This document shows, piece by piece, positions 9,548-19,190 of a stretch of 64,000 bases of DNA (its first letter is position 1; every line of letters begins with the position of its first letter). Position numbers and translations under genes: made by a program. Origin of the DNA: Anaeromyxobacteraceae bacterium (lineage in GTDB: Bacteria; Myxococcota; Myxococcia; Myxococcales; Anaeromyxobacteraceae); assembly GCA_032654565.1 (NCBI GenBank), contig JAULAX010000010.1:128001-192000 (forward strand). The letters run 5' to 3'. The notes beneath the pieces were generated by a model that was not told the DNA's origin, searched no databases, and saw only the letters and a program-made list of their open reading frames with translations.

Positions 9548-10522
9548 TCACGTGACGAGGACGATCTTCCCCCGGGCGTGCCCCGCTCCGAGGTGGCGGA
9601 TCGCCTCGGGGGCCCGGCCCAGCGGGTAGACGGCGCCCACCACCGGCGTGACCTTCCCGGACTCCAGCAGTCCCCGCAGGACCAGCAGGTCCGCCTGGCA
9701 GGGCGCCTCGTTGCAGGTGCGGATCCGCTGCGACACCACCAGGGAGAGGAGCGGCGCCCGGACCAGCAGGACGCCGGTGCTGGCGATCCAGCGCTTGTGG
9801 AACTGGCCGCCGTTGGGCACCAGCGTCCCCTTCGGCTTCAGCACCCGCAGGAGCCGCGGGAGCGGGTGCTGGAGCACGTTGTCGAGGACCAGGTCGTAGC
9901 GGCCAGGGCGCTCGGTGAAGTCCTGCTGCGTGTAGTCGATGACCTGGTCGGCGCCGAGGGACCGGACCAGGTCGACCTTGGAGGTGCCGCACACGCCGGT
10001 CACCATCGCGCCCATGGCCCTGGCGATCTGCACGGCGAAGGTGCCGATGCCTCCGCCGGCGCCGACGACGAGCACCTCCTGGCCGGGCTTCAGCTGGCCC
10101 GCGTCGCGGAGCGCCTGGAGCGCGGTGAGCCCGGACATGGGAACGGCCGCGGCCTGCTCGAAGGTGACGTTGGCCGGCTTCGGCACCAGGTGCTGCGCGG
10201 GCGCGGCCGCGAACTCGGCGAAGGTTCCCGAGGTGCCCCGGCCGAAGACCTCGTCCCCGACGTGGAGCCCGGTCACGCTCCTTCCGACCGCCTCGACGGT
10301 GCCCGCCAGGTCGGTGCCCCGCACGCCGTGCCGGGGCCGGCGCAGCCCGAAGGCGGCGCGGACGATGTAGGGCACGCCATGGACGCCGGCCCAGTCCGGG
10401 GGGTTCACGGCGGCGGCGCGAACCCGCACCAGCACCTGGTCGTCGCCGAAGGCGGGCCTGTCGATCTCCCGGAGCGCAAGGACCTCGGGGGGGCCATAGC
10501 TGTCGTGGACCATCGCCTTCAT
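9548..10522 (-). CDS. NAD(P)-dependent MDR oxidoreductase (quinone oxidoreductase-like)
   Basis: MKAMVHDSYGPPEVL, AVNPPD, GAGGGIG and GHARGKIVL. Confidence 0.9.
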   Translation of the reverse strand: MKAMVHDSYGPPEVLALREIDRPAFGDDQVLVRVRAAAVNPPDWAGVHGVPYIVRAAFGLRRPRHGVRGTDLAGTVEAVGRSVTGLHVGDEVFGRGTSGTFAEFAAAPAQHLVPKPANVTFEQAAAVPMSGLTALQALRDAGQLKPGQEVLVVGAGGGIGTFAVQIARAMGAMVTGVCGTSKVDLVRSLGADQVIDYTQQDFTERPGRYDLVLDNVLQHPLPRLLRVLKPKGTLVPNGGQFHKRWIASTGVLLVRAPLLSLVVSQRIRTCNEAPCQADLLVLRGLLESGKVTPVVGAVYPLGRAPEAIRHLGAGHARGKIVLVT

Positions 10523-10633
10523 GGCGTCCTCCCGGCTGCAGAACGGCTTCGAGGTGGCCGACCGTGGAGAGGATCGCATTCCCCGCGGAGACGTCCACGA
10601 GGCAACCGAGCGCACCCACGAGCGGGCCAGGGA

Positions 10634-12022
10634 TCAGGGAGACTGCTTCAGCGCCTCCTCCGCCGGGTCGGGGCAGTCCTTCATCCCCGGATCCGCCAGC
10701 AGCAGCCGCTTGCCCCGGGTGATCCCGATGTAGTCGTTGATGAAGTTGCGCAGCTCCGCGTCGAAGACGCCGCTGTGGCCCTGGATGAGATCCTTCCCGC
10801 CGTAGGCGATGAGGAACGGGCTGTGCGGCTTGTGCCGGGCCACCAGCGGATCGAGGCGAACTCGTCCGATGGTCGGCATGTCGGAGAGGTCGAAGTTGGC
10901 GATGTCACAGGGCTGGCCCGGCGAGTCGCTGATGTAGAACCGAGCCGCGGAGGCCTGCGGCCCGGGGAGGAGCGAGATGGTGTGGGTGCGCTGCGGCTCG
11001 AACTCCCCGAGGGCGCGCGACCAGGCCGCGGACTGCTCGTCGCGGACCGGCGAGAGCAGCAGGCTGTCGACCCATCGCCCCAGGGGGAAGAACCAGTGGC
11101 GCGAGGTGTCGGTGTCTGCGGACAGGACCAGCAGCAGTGGCGGTTGCCGCCGGTCGTAGGTCAGCAGAGCGTCCAGCTTCCGGATGCGCTCGAACTGGAA
11201 GGCCTCCAGGGCCGGGTTCACCAGGACGACGATGTCGCCGAACCCCTCCAGCGGCCTGGCGAGTCGCTGGGCCGGCGCGGGTGGGCCGGGACTGCCCCTG
11301 GTCGCCTCGATCAGCTCCTTCTCCAGCGTGCTGGAGATGGCCTTGAAGAGCACCTGCGCCCCGAAGCTGTGGCCGATGCTGGCCATCCCCATGTACGGCG
11401 ACGATGGCTTCCGGTCCTGGTACCTGGAGCGGTAGATGCCGTTCAGTCGCAGCAGGAATTCACGCAGGTCACCGTCGCCGACGTGCTCGGCCGCGCTCTT
11501 CCGGTTCCAGAAGGTGGCGTAGTTGAGTGGCCCGGGGAGCGAGGCCCCGCGCCAGCCGACGTAGATCCCGAAGATGTTGGTGTCGCCGCTTCCGGTGAGG
11601 ATCTGCCTGGAGCGCCGATAGGCGCCCGGCTCGCCGCCCACGTTGTCGTCGAGCGTGGCGCGGATGGCCTGCAGGGTCCTGGCGAAGCCGACGGCGTACT
11701 CGTCGTCGGGTGCGGCGCTGTGATGCCAGCCATGGACGGCGATGACGACGATGGTGTTGGCGCCTCGCGCCGAGGCCGCGATGGCGTCGAGCGCGCGGGC
11801 CGGGACCTCGGGATCCCAGAAGGCCCCGTTGTCGTCCACCTGGATGACGAAGTCGTTGGGGTGGGTGAAGGCGCCGCCCGCCTGGCTGTAGCTCTTGTGG
11901 GCGAAGCCACAGGCGCAGAGCAGCAGCAGGAGCGGGGCGAGGTGCAGGGGGAGCGGGGCGCGCCGCCGGCACCGGCGCACCTGGCATGCGAGGTCGACGG
12001 CTGTCGCCGGACCAGCGGCCAT
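10634..12022 (-). CDS. Putative alpha/beta-hydrolase-fold exported protein
   Basis: VHGW, IYVGWRG, nucleophile elbow GHSFGA and VLVNPA. Lipobox-like LLCAC. Start uncertain. Confidence 0.65.
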   Translation of the reverse strand: MAAGPATAVDLACQVRRCRRRAPLPLHLAPLLLLLCACGFAHKSYSQAGGAFTHPNDFVIQVDDNGAFWDPEVPARALDAIAASARGANTIVVIAVHGWHHSAAPDDEYAVGFARTLQAIRATLDDNVGGEPGAYRRSRQILTGSGDTNIFGIYVGWRGASLPGPLNYATFWNRKSAAEHVGDGDLREFLLRLNGIYRSRYQDRKPSSPYMGMASIGHSFGAQVLFKAISSTLEKELIEATRGSPGPPAPAQRLARPLEGFGDIVVLVNPALEAFQFERIRKLDALLTYDRRQPPLLLVLSADTDTSRHWFFPLGRWVDSLLLSPVRDEQSAAWSRALGEFEPQRTHTISLLPGPQASAARFYISDSPGQPCDIANFDLSDMPTIGRVRLDPLVARHKPHSPFLIAYGGKDLIQGHSGVFDAELRNFINDYIGITRGKRLLLADPGMKDCPDPAEEALKQSP

Positions 12023-12518
12023 GTTCGATCTCCCGTGGGACTCACCGTCAACCTCCCGAGGAGGACAGGCAAGACCACTCCGGCCCACCCCGCGGAGGGT
12101 CACCCGGAGTGGGGTGAGTGGCCTCGGAGAAGCTCGCGCCACGCCGGTGGTGCGACGGCGTAACCACGGTTCCCCCTTTTCGTAAGGGCGGGCATGAGGT
12201 CCGCCATGCCGACCAGGTCGGTCCGTCCGACGCGCCGCATTGTCCCGCTGCTCCTCGCCCTGGGATCACTCCACTCCGCAGCGTGCGGGCCCGGGGGATC
12301 CAGCGCCGATATCTCGGCCTATCCGTCGCGCCGAAGGTCGTCCGGCCGGGCCGGGGCGGGCCAAGCCAGGCGAGCCGCAGCTCGCCCGCGAAGCCGAGGC
12401 GGTAGCGCGCATCTCGCACCCGAACCAGGATCCCCCAGCATCGGCTCGGCCTGGACATGCTGCTGAAACCTGGCCTGTGGCAGCCCCCGCGGGGCGACCG
12501 GCGGGCGGTCCCGCGAGC

Positions 12519-13640
12519 CTAGGGAGCCTTCTCCGCCAGCACGGGGCCTGGCAAGGCGATCGGCACGGCGACCCGCCAGGCCCGGCGCTCGCCCTCGTCC
12601 ATCGCCCAGAGCGACAGCGCGAGGCCGGCGGGTGTCAGGGCCTCCGCAGGCGCGAAGAAGACCAGCCCCTCGGCCGCCTGGCCTGGCGCCAGCTTCCACT
12701 CTCCCAAGGCGCGCGCCTTGAGCGCGTCCTGCAGGTTCAGCCGCTTCCCCACCGCTCCGGACTCCGCGTCGCGGATGACCAGATCCGAGCCCATTCCCAA
12801 CTGGGCCTCGACCAGCGGCAACGACGCCGTCGAGATGGTCCGGCTCCCCGCCAGGACCAGACGGACGTCGAAGGCGCTCACGGCCAGGGCGTGGTCCCCG
12901 CCGTTCTTCATCGTGATCGCCACCGCGACCAGTCGGCTCTTGGAGAGCGGTATCGCGAAGCCGTCGCCGAGCTTGAGCGGGCCGCGCACCAGCGCCGCCT
13001 GCACCGCCAGCCCTGGCGGCGCCCCCGGCACCACCTCCGGCGCGGGCGGGAGCTGGTCCATGGCCAGGAACAGGCGCTGCACCTTCTTCGCGGCATCGTC
13101 CATGTTGTCGTCGACCCGGTCGAAGACTACGAAGTGCTCCTTCACCGGCACCTCCTTGCCGACGACAAGCCTGGAGCCGCGCGGAGCCCCGTCGGGGCCG
13201 TAGAAGTGCAGTCGGTAGCGGATGCTGTGCTCCGGCGTGTCCTTCTCAAGCCCCGCCTGGAAGGTGAACCAGTCCAGGTCCGGCTCGACGACGACCCCGC
13301 CCCCCGGGGCAGCAGGGCCAAAGGGCGGGAGGGCGTCGATGGTAGTGACCGAAGCGCACGTCTTCGCTGCGACCACATCAAGCATGGCCACGCTGCCCTG
13401 GCCGATGGCGTAGACCCACCGGTGCGAGCCCCCTCTCCGAATCGCCACCCGGTCTCTGAACTCCGGGCTGTAGTAGATGGAGACCGGCGTGGTCACTTTG
13501 GCCGGGACGTCCAACCGGTCCAGCTTCGGCTCGAGTTTCAAGTTATGGGTGAAGGTGCAACCCGTACCGAGGAGGCCCATCGCCAGCACAAGGATCCACC
13601 CCCGGCGCCCCGGCGTCCGGATGGACTGGGTGTTGAGCAT
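12519..13640 (-). CDS. Hypothetical lipoprotein
   Basis: Signal and lipobox WILVLAMGLLGTGC in a long ORF. Start uncertain, since the frame is open to ATG 13880. Confidence 0.6.
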   Translation of the reverse strand: MLNTQSIRTPGRRGWILVLAMGLLGTGCTFTHNLKLEPKLDRLDVPAKVTTPVSIYYSPEFRDRVAIRRGGSHRWVYAIGQGSVAMLDVVAAKTCASVTTIDALPPFGPAAPGGGVVVEPDLDWFTFQAGLEKDTPEHSIRYRLHFYGPDGAPRGSRLVVGKEVPVKEHFVVFDRVDDNMDDAAKKVQRLFLAMDQLPPAPEVVPGAPPGLAVQAALVRGPLKLGDGFAIPLSKSRLVAVAITMKNGGDHALAVSAFDVRLVLAGSRTISTASLPLVEAQLGMGSDLVIRDAESGAVGKRLNLQDALKARALGEWKLAPGQAAEGLVFFAPAEALTPAGLALSLWAMDEGERRAWRVAVPIALPGPVLAEKAP

Positions 13641-13731
13641 GCGCTGGCGCAAGGTGTTCTCCCGTAGTGTGGGCTGGTGAGGGCGAAATCCTATCGACCC
13701 CGCCGTCGAGAGGCCTGACCCGTTCGCACTA

Positions 13732-13890
13732 TCACCTCCCCTGGCGCCAATGCAGGCCACTTGGTGCGGGCGGGGGTGGAGGCGTCGTGGGCGTGGAGTC
13801 GCCACCGCCCCCGCAGGCAGCGAAGGAGGCGAGGCAAGCCAGAAGTACGGTACGGGCCAGCGGACGAAGTGGGCGAGCATTCAACCTCCT
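13732..13890 (-). pseudogene. Remnant 5' end of a lipoprotein gene
   Basis: An AGGAGG RBS precedes RTVLLACLASFAACGGGGDSTPTTPPPPPAPSGL, which stops almost at once. The RBS-proximal ATG is in a different frame. Confidence 0.45.
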
Positions 13891-14007
13891 GAGCGGGTAC
13901 CAGGAGGAGAGGCTACGGGGTGGCGCCGGTGTGACCATGGCGACCCACAGGTACCAACTTCCCTGGAGGGCCGAAGCTGTGCGCCGGCGAGATCCTGGGA
14001 CCGCCCG

Positions 14008-14484
14008 TCACCGCTGCAGGGTGGCGACGAGCTCCTCGAGCTGGTCCCACGTCTCGGGCGTCCCGTCGGTCGACCCGGAGGCGATGGCGGCGTCGAGCGC
14101 TTCCTTGGTGGGGTGGAGGTCGCGCGTGGTCAGCAGCGTCTGGCCGTCGCGCTCCTCGAAGGTCACGGTGGTGATGGCCGCGGCGGCCTCGCCGCCTTCG
14201 TCGTTGGTCCAGGCGAGGCGCGAGCAGGGCGTCACCTCGAGGTACCTGCCGAAGAACGCCATGGTCTGCTCCCCGAAGCCGAACTCCAGCCGGTAGGTCC
14301 CGCCGACGCGGACGTCCATCTCGCAGGAGAGGAGGGTGACCGGGGCCGACTTCGGGACCCACCACCTCCTGAACAGCTCGGGCCTGGTCCACGCCTCGAA
14401 CACGAGGCGCGGGGGGGCGTCGATGGTGCGCGAGACGACCAGCTCACGCTCGGATGTCCTCTCCACCATGGTCGGGTTCTTCAT
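14008..14484 (-). CDS. SRPBCC (AHSA1/START-like) family protein
   Basis: ERELVVSRTIDAPPRLVFEAWT, CEMDVRVGG and W.QLEE. Overlaps the upstream ArsR stop (ATGA). Confidence 0.9.
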   Translation of the reverse strand: MKNPTMVERTSERELVVSRTIDAPPRLVFEAWTRPELFRRWWVPKSAPVTLLSCEMDVRVGGTYRLEFGFGEQTMAFFGRYLEVTPCSRLAWTNDEGGEAAAAITTVTFEERDGQTLLTTRDLHPTKEALDAAIASGSTDGTPETWDQLEELVATLQR

Positions 14485-14828
14485 CTGACCTTCTCCTTTC
14501 GTTTCAGCTCCTGAACGACCTCGTCCAGCGCCTCGAAGCGGGCGTCCCAGAGCCGGCGATACCCCTCGAGCCACGCCGTCTCGTCCTCCAGGCGGCGGGG
14601 CCCGAGCCTGCAGGTCCGCACCCGGCCGACCTTCTCCGTGCTCACCAGCCCGGCCTGCTCCAGGACGCCGACGTGCTTCTTCATGCCGGTCAGGGTCATG
14701 CAGAACTTCTCGGCGAGGTCGGTGATCGAGGCGTCGGCGCGGCCGAGCTGCAGGAGGACGCCGCGGCGGGTGGAGTCCGAGAGCGCGGCGAAGGAGGTGT
14801 CGAGGGGAGCGCGCGTATACTGAACCAT
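14481..14828 (-). CDS. ArsR/SmtB family transcriptional regulator
   Basis: FAALSDSTRRGVL, KHVGVLEQAGLV and KVGRVRTC. Classic ArsR-SRPBCC pair. Confidence 0.92.
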   Translation of the reverse strand: MVQYTRAPLDTSFAALSDSTRRGVLLQLGRADASITDLAEKFCMTLTGMKKHVGVLEQAGLVSTEKVGRVRTCRLGPRRLEDETAWLEGYRRLWDARFEALDEVVQELKRKEKVR

Positions 14829-14841
14829 ATGGTTCAGTATA
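14816..14841. promoter_or_regulatory. Perfect 26-bp palindrome over the ArsR start codon (likely autoregulatory operator)
   Basis: TATACTGAACCATATGGTTCAGTATA is its own reverse complement and is AT-rich in a GC-rich background. Confidence 0.8.
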
Positions 14842-15090
14842 TAGCTGGTCGGGCGGCGTCGCGCAAGGGGGTCGTCCCATGCCCCGAACGTCCGCGACCC
14901 AGGAGCCCCCAGGGTGCTGCGGGTACTGGGCGATCACCGGCAATGACCAGACCGCCGAGGAGAGCCGCCGCAGTCCTGCTCATGATCGGGAAGCGCCGCA
15001 GCCATACGGACTCAGGGTCGCTTTGGGCGCCCAAAGCGACTGTCGGTCCGGGTGGCGCATGGGGACCCGGACTGCGGGCCCGCTGCGCTG

Positions 15091-15124
15091 AAAAAGAGAA
15101 AGCCCCCGGGTCTCGGGGGCTTTC
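15091..15124 (-). terminator. Intrinsic terminator downstream of ssrA
   Basis: GAAAGCCCCCG/CGGGGGCTTTC stem followed by a T-run on the minus strand. Confidence 0.8.
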
Positions 15125-15126
15125 AA

Positions 15127-15476
<350 letters not shown>

Positions 15477-15611
15477 ATACAGGTGAACTGCGTGAGTCCA
15501 TACCAACATATGACCGGGAAGGACATGGTCAAGCCGGCCTGCCGCCGATGGGCGAGCCAGGAGGCGTGGCTCGGAGCGGCCCGCCGCGGGCGCCGCCGCG
15601 GGAGCCCCCGC

Positions 15612-16058
15612 TTACCGCGCCAGGTACGGCGCCAGCCAGGCCAGGGCCTTCTCCACGCCCAGCGGCAGCGCCGCCTCGGCCTCCGCCGAGAGACGCTCCA
15701 CGAAGGAGAAGTCCTTGCCGGCCACGGTCACCAGCAGCCCCTGCGGCGCGTGGCCGTAGCTGGTGCGGGCCAGCCCGAGGATCTCCTCCGGGGTCAGGGC
15801 GTGGAGCAGCGCCGCACGCGGTGCCCGCGAGGTCACCTGGTTGGCGTGGACCTCGCCCGGCGCCCCGGAGACGGCGGCGTCCAGGAAGACCACGGCGTCG
15901 GCGCGGGCCGCCTGCTCGGCGTGCTCGGGCTGGAGCTGCACCGCCTCCACCACCTGGTGCGAGCCGGGCGGAAGCCGGGCCACCAGGGCGCGGCCGAGCG
16001 CCAGGCCGACGCCGTCGTCACCGCGGGAGCCGTTGCCGAGCGAGAGCAGCAGGATCAC
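15612..16058 (-). CDS. Hydrogenase maturation protease (HycI/HoxW-like)
   Basis: LGNGSRGDDGVG, QLQPE, VFLDAA and HALTP motifs. Confidence 0.85.
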   Translation of the reverse strand: MILLLSLGNGSRGDDGVGLALGRALVARLPPGSHQVVEAVQLQPEHAEQAARADAVVFLDAAVSGAPGEVHANQVTSRAPRAALLHALTPEEILGLARTSYGHAPQGLLVTVAGKDFSFVERLSAEAEAALPLGVEKALAWLAPYLAR

Positions 16059-16155
16059 GATTCACCTCGAGGTGCCAGCCGGCGATCACTCCCCGCCGCG
16101 CGCCACCGCGGACCGCATCCTACCAGCCGCCACCGGGGAACAGGAGGGCGGCCGC

Positions 16156-17742
16156 TCACCGCCAGGCGCCCGGACGGGTGTAGACGAACGCCAGCGCCAC
16201 CTCGTCGAGGTAGACCCCGGCCACCGGCCGCGAGCTGCCGAAGGCGGTCCAGGCGTCATACTCCGCGTCGCGCCCGCCCCCCTCTGCCACCACCGCCAGG
16301 TCGGCCTCGGCCAGGCCGGCGGCGTCGACCAGGTCGGCGCGGACCAGCCCGGCCCGCCGGTACCGCTCGATGGCCCACGGCGCCACCCCCAGCCAGGCGA
16401 CCCGCGCCCCGGGTGCGGCGTGGAGCGCCACGTCGCCGAGCAGCCCGCGGACCGCCTCGCCGCCGTCCTGCCTCGGCCAGCCGCGCCAGGCGGCGCCGGC
16501 CGCCCCGCCCAGCGGTTCCCCCCACGCCGAGCCGCCCAGCGGGAAGGTGGTCACCGCCGCCCGCAGCCCGGGGTAGAGCAGGAGGAGCCCCAGCGCCCCG
16601 GTGACCGCCAGCCGCCGCGCCGGCCAGGCCTGCGTCGCCAGGGCCACCAGGGCCCGGGCCCCGAGCAGGGCCAGCGGGGCCAGGCCGTGGAGGAGCGGCG
16701 CCAGCCCGGGGAGGCGTGGCGCCAGGCCGACGGCGGCGAGAAGCAGGGGGACGGTCCCGGCCAGCAGCCAGAGCGTCTCCAGCCAGGCGGCGTCGCCGTC
16801 GTGGCGGCGCAGCGCCCGGGCCAGCCGGAGGGCGGCGTGGCCGAGGCCGAGCGCCAGCAGGGCCACGGTGGGGATCGGCAGGGCGGCCAGCAGCGCCAGC
16901 GCCGGGTTGACGGTAGGTGAAGCCTGGCCCCAGCCGACGGCGGACAGCAGGGCGCCGAGTCCGGCGAGGGGTGCGCGCCAGTGGGCCGGCCAGCAGGCCA
17001 GGACCGCGGCCGGGATGAGCAGGAGCCCCGCCCCGATGGCGGTCGGGGTGCGCCGCAGCCGCACCGACCAGGCGGCGGCCGCCGACCGGTGGTGGTGGGC
17101 CAGCCAGCGCAGGTGGAAGCGCCCCAGCCCCCAGTGGAGGGCCAGCACCAGCCAGAGGGAGACGAGGTCGGGGCGGACCGCGGCGGCGGCGGCGCAGAGC
17201 AGGCCGCACCAGAGCCCGTCGCGGGTGCGGGTCAGCGGGGTGGGGTTCCCCAGGGCCCGGGCGAAGACCTGCACCGCCACCAGCCAGAGCAGCGCCCCGA
17301 GCAGGTCGGGCGTGGCCAGCAGCCCCAGCGCCAGGGTGCGCGGCGTGAACCAGAAGGCCGCCGGCGCCAGCAGGGCCACCGGGGCGCCGCCCAGCGCGAA
17401 GCCGCCCAGCGCCAGCGCCGCCGAGAGCAGGCCGGCCACCAGCGCCACCCCCAGCCGCAGGCCGCCGACGGGGCCGAGGCCGAGCCGCTCGCCCCCGGCG
17501 CCGGCGAAGCCGTGGAAGGCCTCGGCCAGCAGCGGCCGCCCGCGCTCGCTGGAGAGCCCGGCCAGGCCGCGCGCCGCCTCGGCGGGGAGGCGCGGCGCCG
17601 CCACCAGCCAGCCGGCGGTCCGCTCGCCGGCCGACATGGCGGCGGCCTCCACGCCGGAGAGGCCGGGCTGGCCGGAGAGCAGCAGCGCCGCCGCCAGCGT
17701 GGCCGTCCCCCAGCCGAGGGCGATGCGGGCGCGCCCGGTCAT
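16156..17742 (-). CDS. Polytopic membrane protein (possible GT-C/ArnT-like)
   Basis: Many hydrophobic segments, with the start overlapping the upstream stop. Family assignment is tentative. Confidence 0.6.
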   Translation of the reverse strand: MTGRARIALGWGTATLAAALLLSGQPGLSGVEAAAMSAGERTAGWLVAAPRLPAEAARGLAGLSSERGRPLLAEAFHGFAGAGGERLGLGPVGGLRLGVALVAGLLSAALALGGFALGGAPVALLAPAAFWFTPRTLALGLLATPDLLGALLWLVAVQVFARALGNPTPLTRTRDGLWCGLLCAAAAAVRPDLVSLWLVLALHWGLGRFHLRWLAHHHRSAAAAWSVRLRRTPTAIGAGLLLIPAAVLACWPAHWRAPLAGLGALLSAVGWGQASPTVNPALALLAALPIPTVALLALGLGHAALRLARALRRHDGDAAWLETLWLLAGTVPLLLAAVGLAPRLPGLAPLLHGLAPLALLGARALVALATQAWPARRLAVTGALGLLLLYPGLRAAVTTFPLGGSAWGEPLGGAAGAAWRGWPRQDGGEAVRGLLGDVALHAAPGARVAWLGVAPWAIERYRRAGLVRADLVDAAGLAEADLAVVAEGGGRDAEYDAWTAFGSSRPVAGVYLDEVALAFVYTRPGAWR

Positions 17743-18638
17743 GGCAGCACCACCGCCTCCACGCAGAGGACGGCGCCGGGAGGGGCGTCCGCCTCCAGCG
17801 TCACCGGCGGTGAAGCTCCGGCGAGGCCGGTGGTGTCGACCCGGAACGGCTGCCAGCCGGAGCGGCCGGTCACCTCGACCGCCAGGGGCGCGCCGTCGCC
17901 GACGCGGACCAGCAGGCGGGCGGTTCCGGCGGCGGTGGCCGGCCGCAGCGAGACGTGGCCGGCCAGGGCGCGACCCAGGGCGAGGGGGGGCACCACCAGC
18001 CGCGCCGGCATTCCGGGGACGGGCGACAGCTCCAGGCAGCGGCGGGCCACCCCGTCGACGTCGCGCCAGCGGGTGGGGGCGCCGGCCCGCTCGGCCAGCC
18101 AGGCCGAGGGGAGCACCGGGGCGGCGAGGTCGAGCCGGGTCACCTGCAGCCGGCCCACCTGCTGGGCGTCGGCGGCGGCGGTCCGCCCCTCCAGCGGCGG
18201 GTGCGCCCCCACGGTGGTGACCGCGGTGGCCGCCACCAGCCAGACGCGCCGCACGCCGGGCAGCCACTCGGTGTCGAGGGCGCTGGTGCCCAGCACCGGG
18301 AGGCGCGCCGGCACCGCCTGGCGGGCCTGCTCCAGCCAGGGGGGCAGGATGGCCACCAGGTCGCCGGGGCGGGCGTCGCGCTCCAGCAGGGCGGTCAGGG
18401 CGGCCCAGTCGCGCGGGGAGGGGAGCCGGTGGACGAAGCGCCCCCGGGCGTCGAGCGAGGCGAGACCCAGCAGCAGCAGCGCCGCCACCAGCCCCTGCGC
18501 GGCCAGCTGGCGCTTCGGGGGGCGCGCCGCCCAGGCCCGCCGCAGCCCGGCCAGGCCGCCCTCCCGCCAGCCGCGAAGCTGCGCCACCAGGACGTCGCGC
18601 AGGTGGACGAGGAGGCGGACGAGGAGGCGTGCCGCCAT
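17739..18638 (-). CDS. Hypothetical membrane-anchored protein
   Basis: ORF directly downstream of carG with one hydrophobic segment, coupled to the next gene. Confidence 0.6.
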   Translation of the reverse strand: MAARLLVRLLVHLRDVLVAQLRGWREGGLAGLRRAWAARPPKRQLAAQGLVAALLLLGLASLDARGRFVHRLPSPRDWAALTALLERDARPGDLVAILPPWLEQARQAVPARLPVLGTSALDTEWLPGVRRVWLVAATAVTTVGAHPPLEGRTAAADAQQVGRLQVTRLDLAAPVLPSAWLAERAGAPTRWRDVDGVARRCLELSPVPGMPARLVVPPLALGRALAGHVSLRPATAAGTARLLVRVGDGAPLAVEVTGRSGWQPFRVDTTGLAGASPPVTLEADAPPGAVLCVEAVVLP

Positions 18639-18647
18639 GGCGAGCGG

Positions 18648-19190
18648 CTAGGACTTCGCCAGCCGGATCTTCCGCTCGCTCTTCTCGCGGCAGAAGGTGC
18701 AGAGGCTGGAGTCCGGCGCCGGCCCCAGGTGCGGGGACCAGGACGGGTGCATGGCGCAGCGGACGTCGTAGCAGTGGTGCAGGTCCCAGAGGTGGCCGAT
18801 GACGTGGACCGCCTCGCGCGCCAGCCGGCGCCGCCAGGCCTCGATCGAGGCCTCGGTCACGCCGCGGGCCGGCATCTGGTCGAGCGTCAGGAGGGCGCGG
18901 TCGCCGCCGTAGCGGGCGAAGCCCCAGCTGGGCGGGGCCCCCAGCGGGCCGGCGGCCAGGGTGAGCGGCGCGGCGGTGATGAAGAGCAGCTTGTCGTCGG
19001 CCACGCCGCGGACCGGGCCGGCCGCAGCGAGCAGCTCCTCGGCGTCCCAGGAGCCGTCCTTGGCGCCACCGCGGGGCAGCGGGAGGTCGCCGACGTGCTC
19101 GGTCCCGAGGCCGAAGATGGCGCGCAAGGTCTTGACCAGCGCGACGGTGTCGGTGGGGTCGAGCGGGCTGAGGGTGGCGATCCGGATCAC
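18648..19190 (-). CDS. carG: CarG, non-proteolytic archaemetzincin-like zinc protein
   Basis: HVIGHLWDLHHC..CAM...CTFC is a metzincin motif lacking the catalytic Glu. GTGA overlap with carD. Confidence 0.85.
   Translation of the reverse strand: MIRIATLSPLDPTDTVALVKTLRAIFGLGTEHVGDLPLPRGGAKDGSWDAEELLAAAGPVRGVADDKLLFITAAPLTLAAGPLGAPPSWGFARYGGDRALLTLDQMPARGVTEASIEAWRRRLAREAVHVIGHLWDLHHCYDVRCAMHPSWSPHLGPAPDSSLCTFCREKSERKIRLAKS

Noticed and set aside
13776..13784. GTGGAGGCG match to the ssrA 3' end as an att site
   Set aside because: It is only 9 bp in GC-rich DNA, the same word recurs elsewhere, and there is no integrase.
18648..19190. Active zinc protease call
   Set aside because: The catalytic Glu is replaced by Val and the gene is coupled to carD, which fits CarG.
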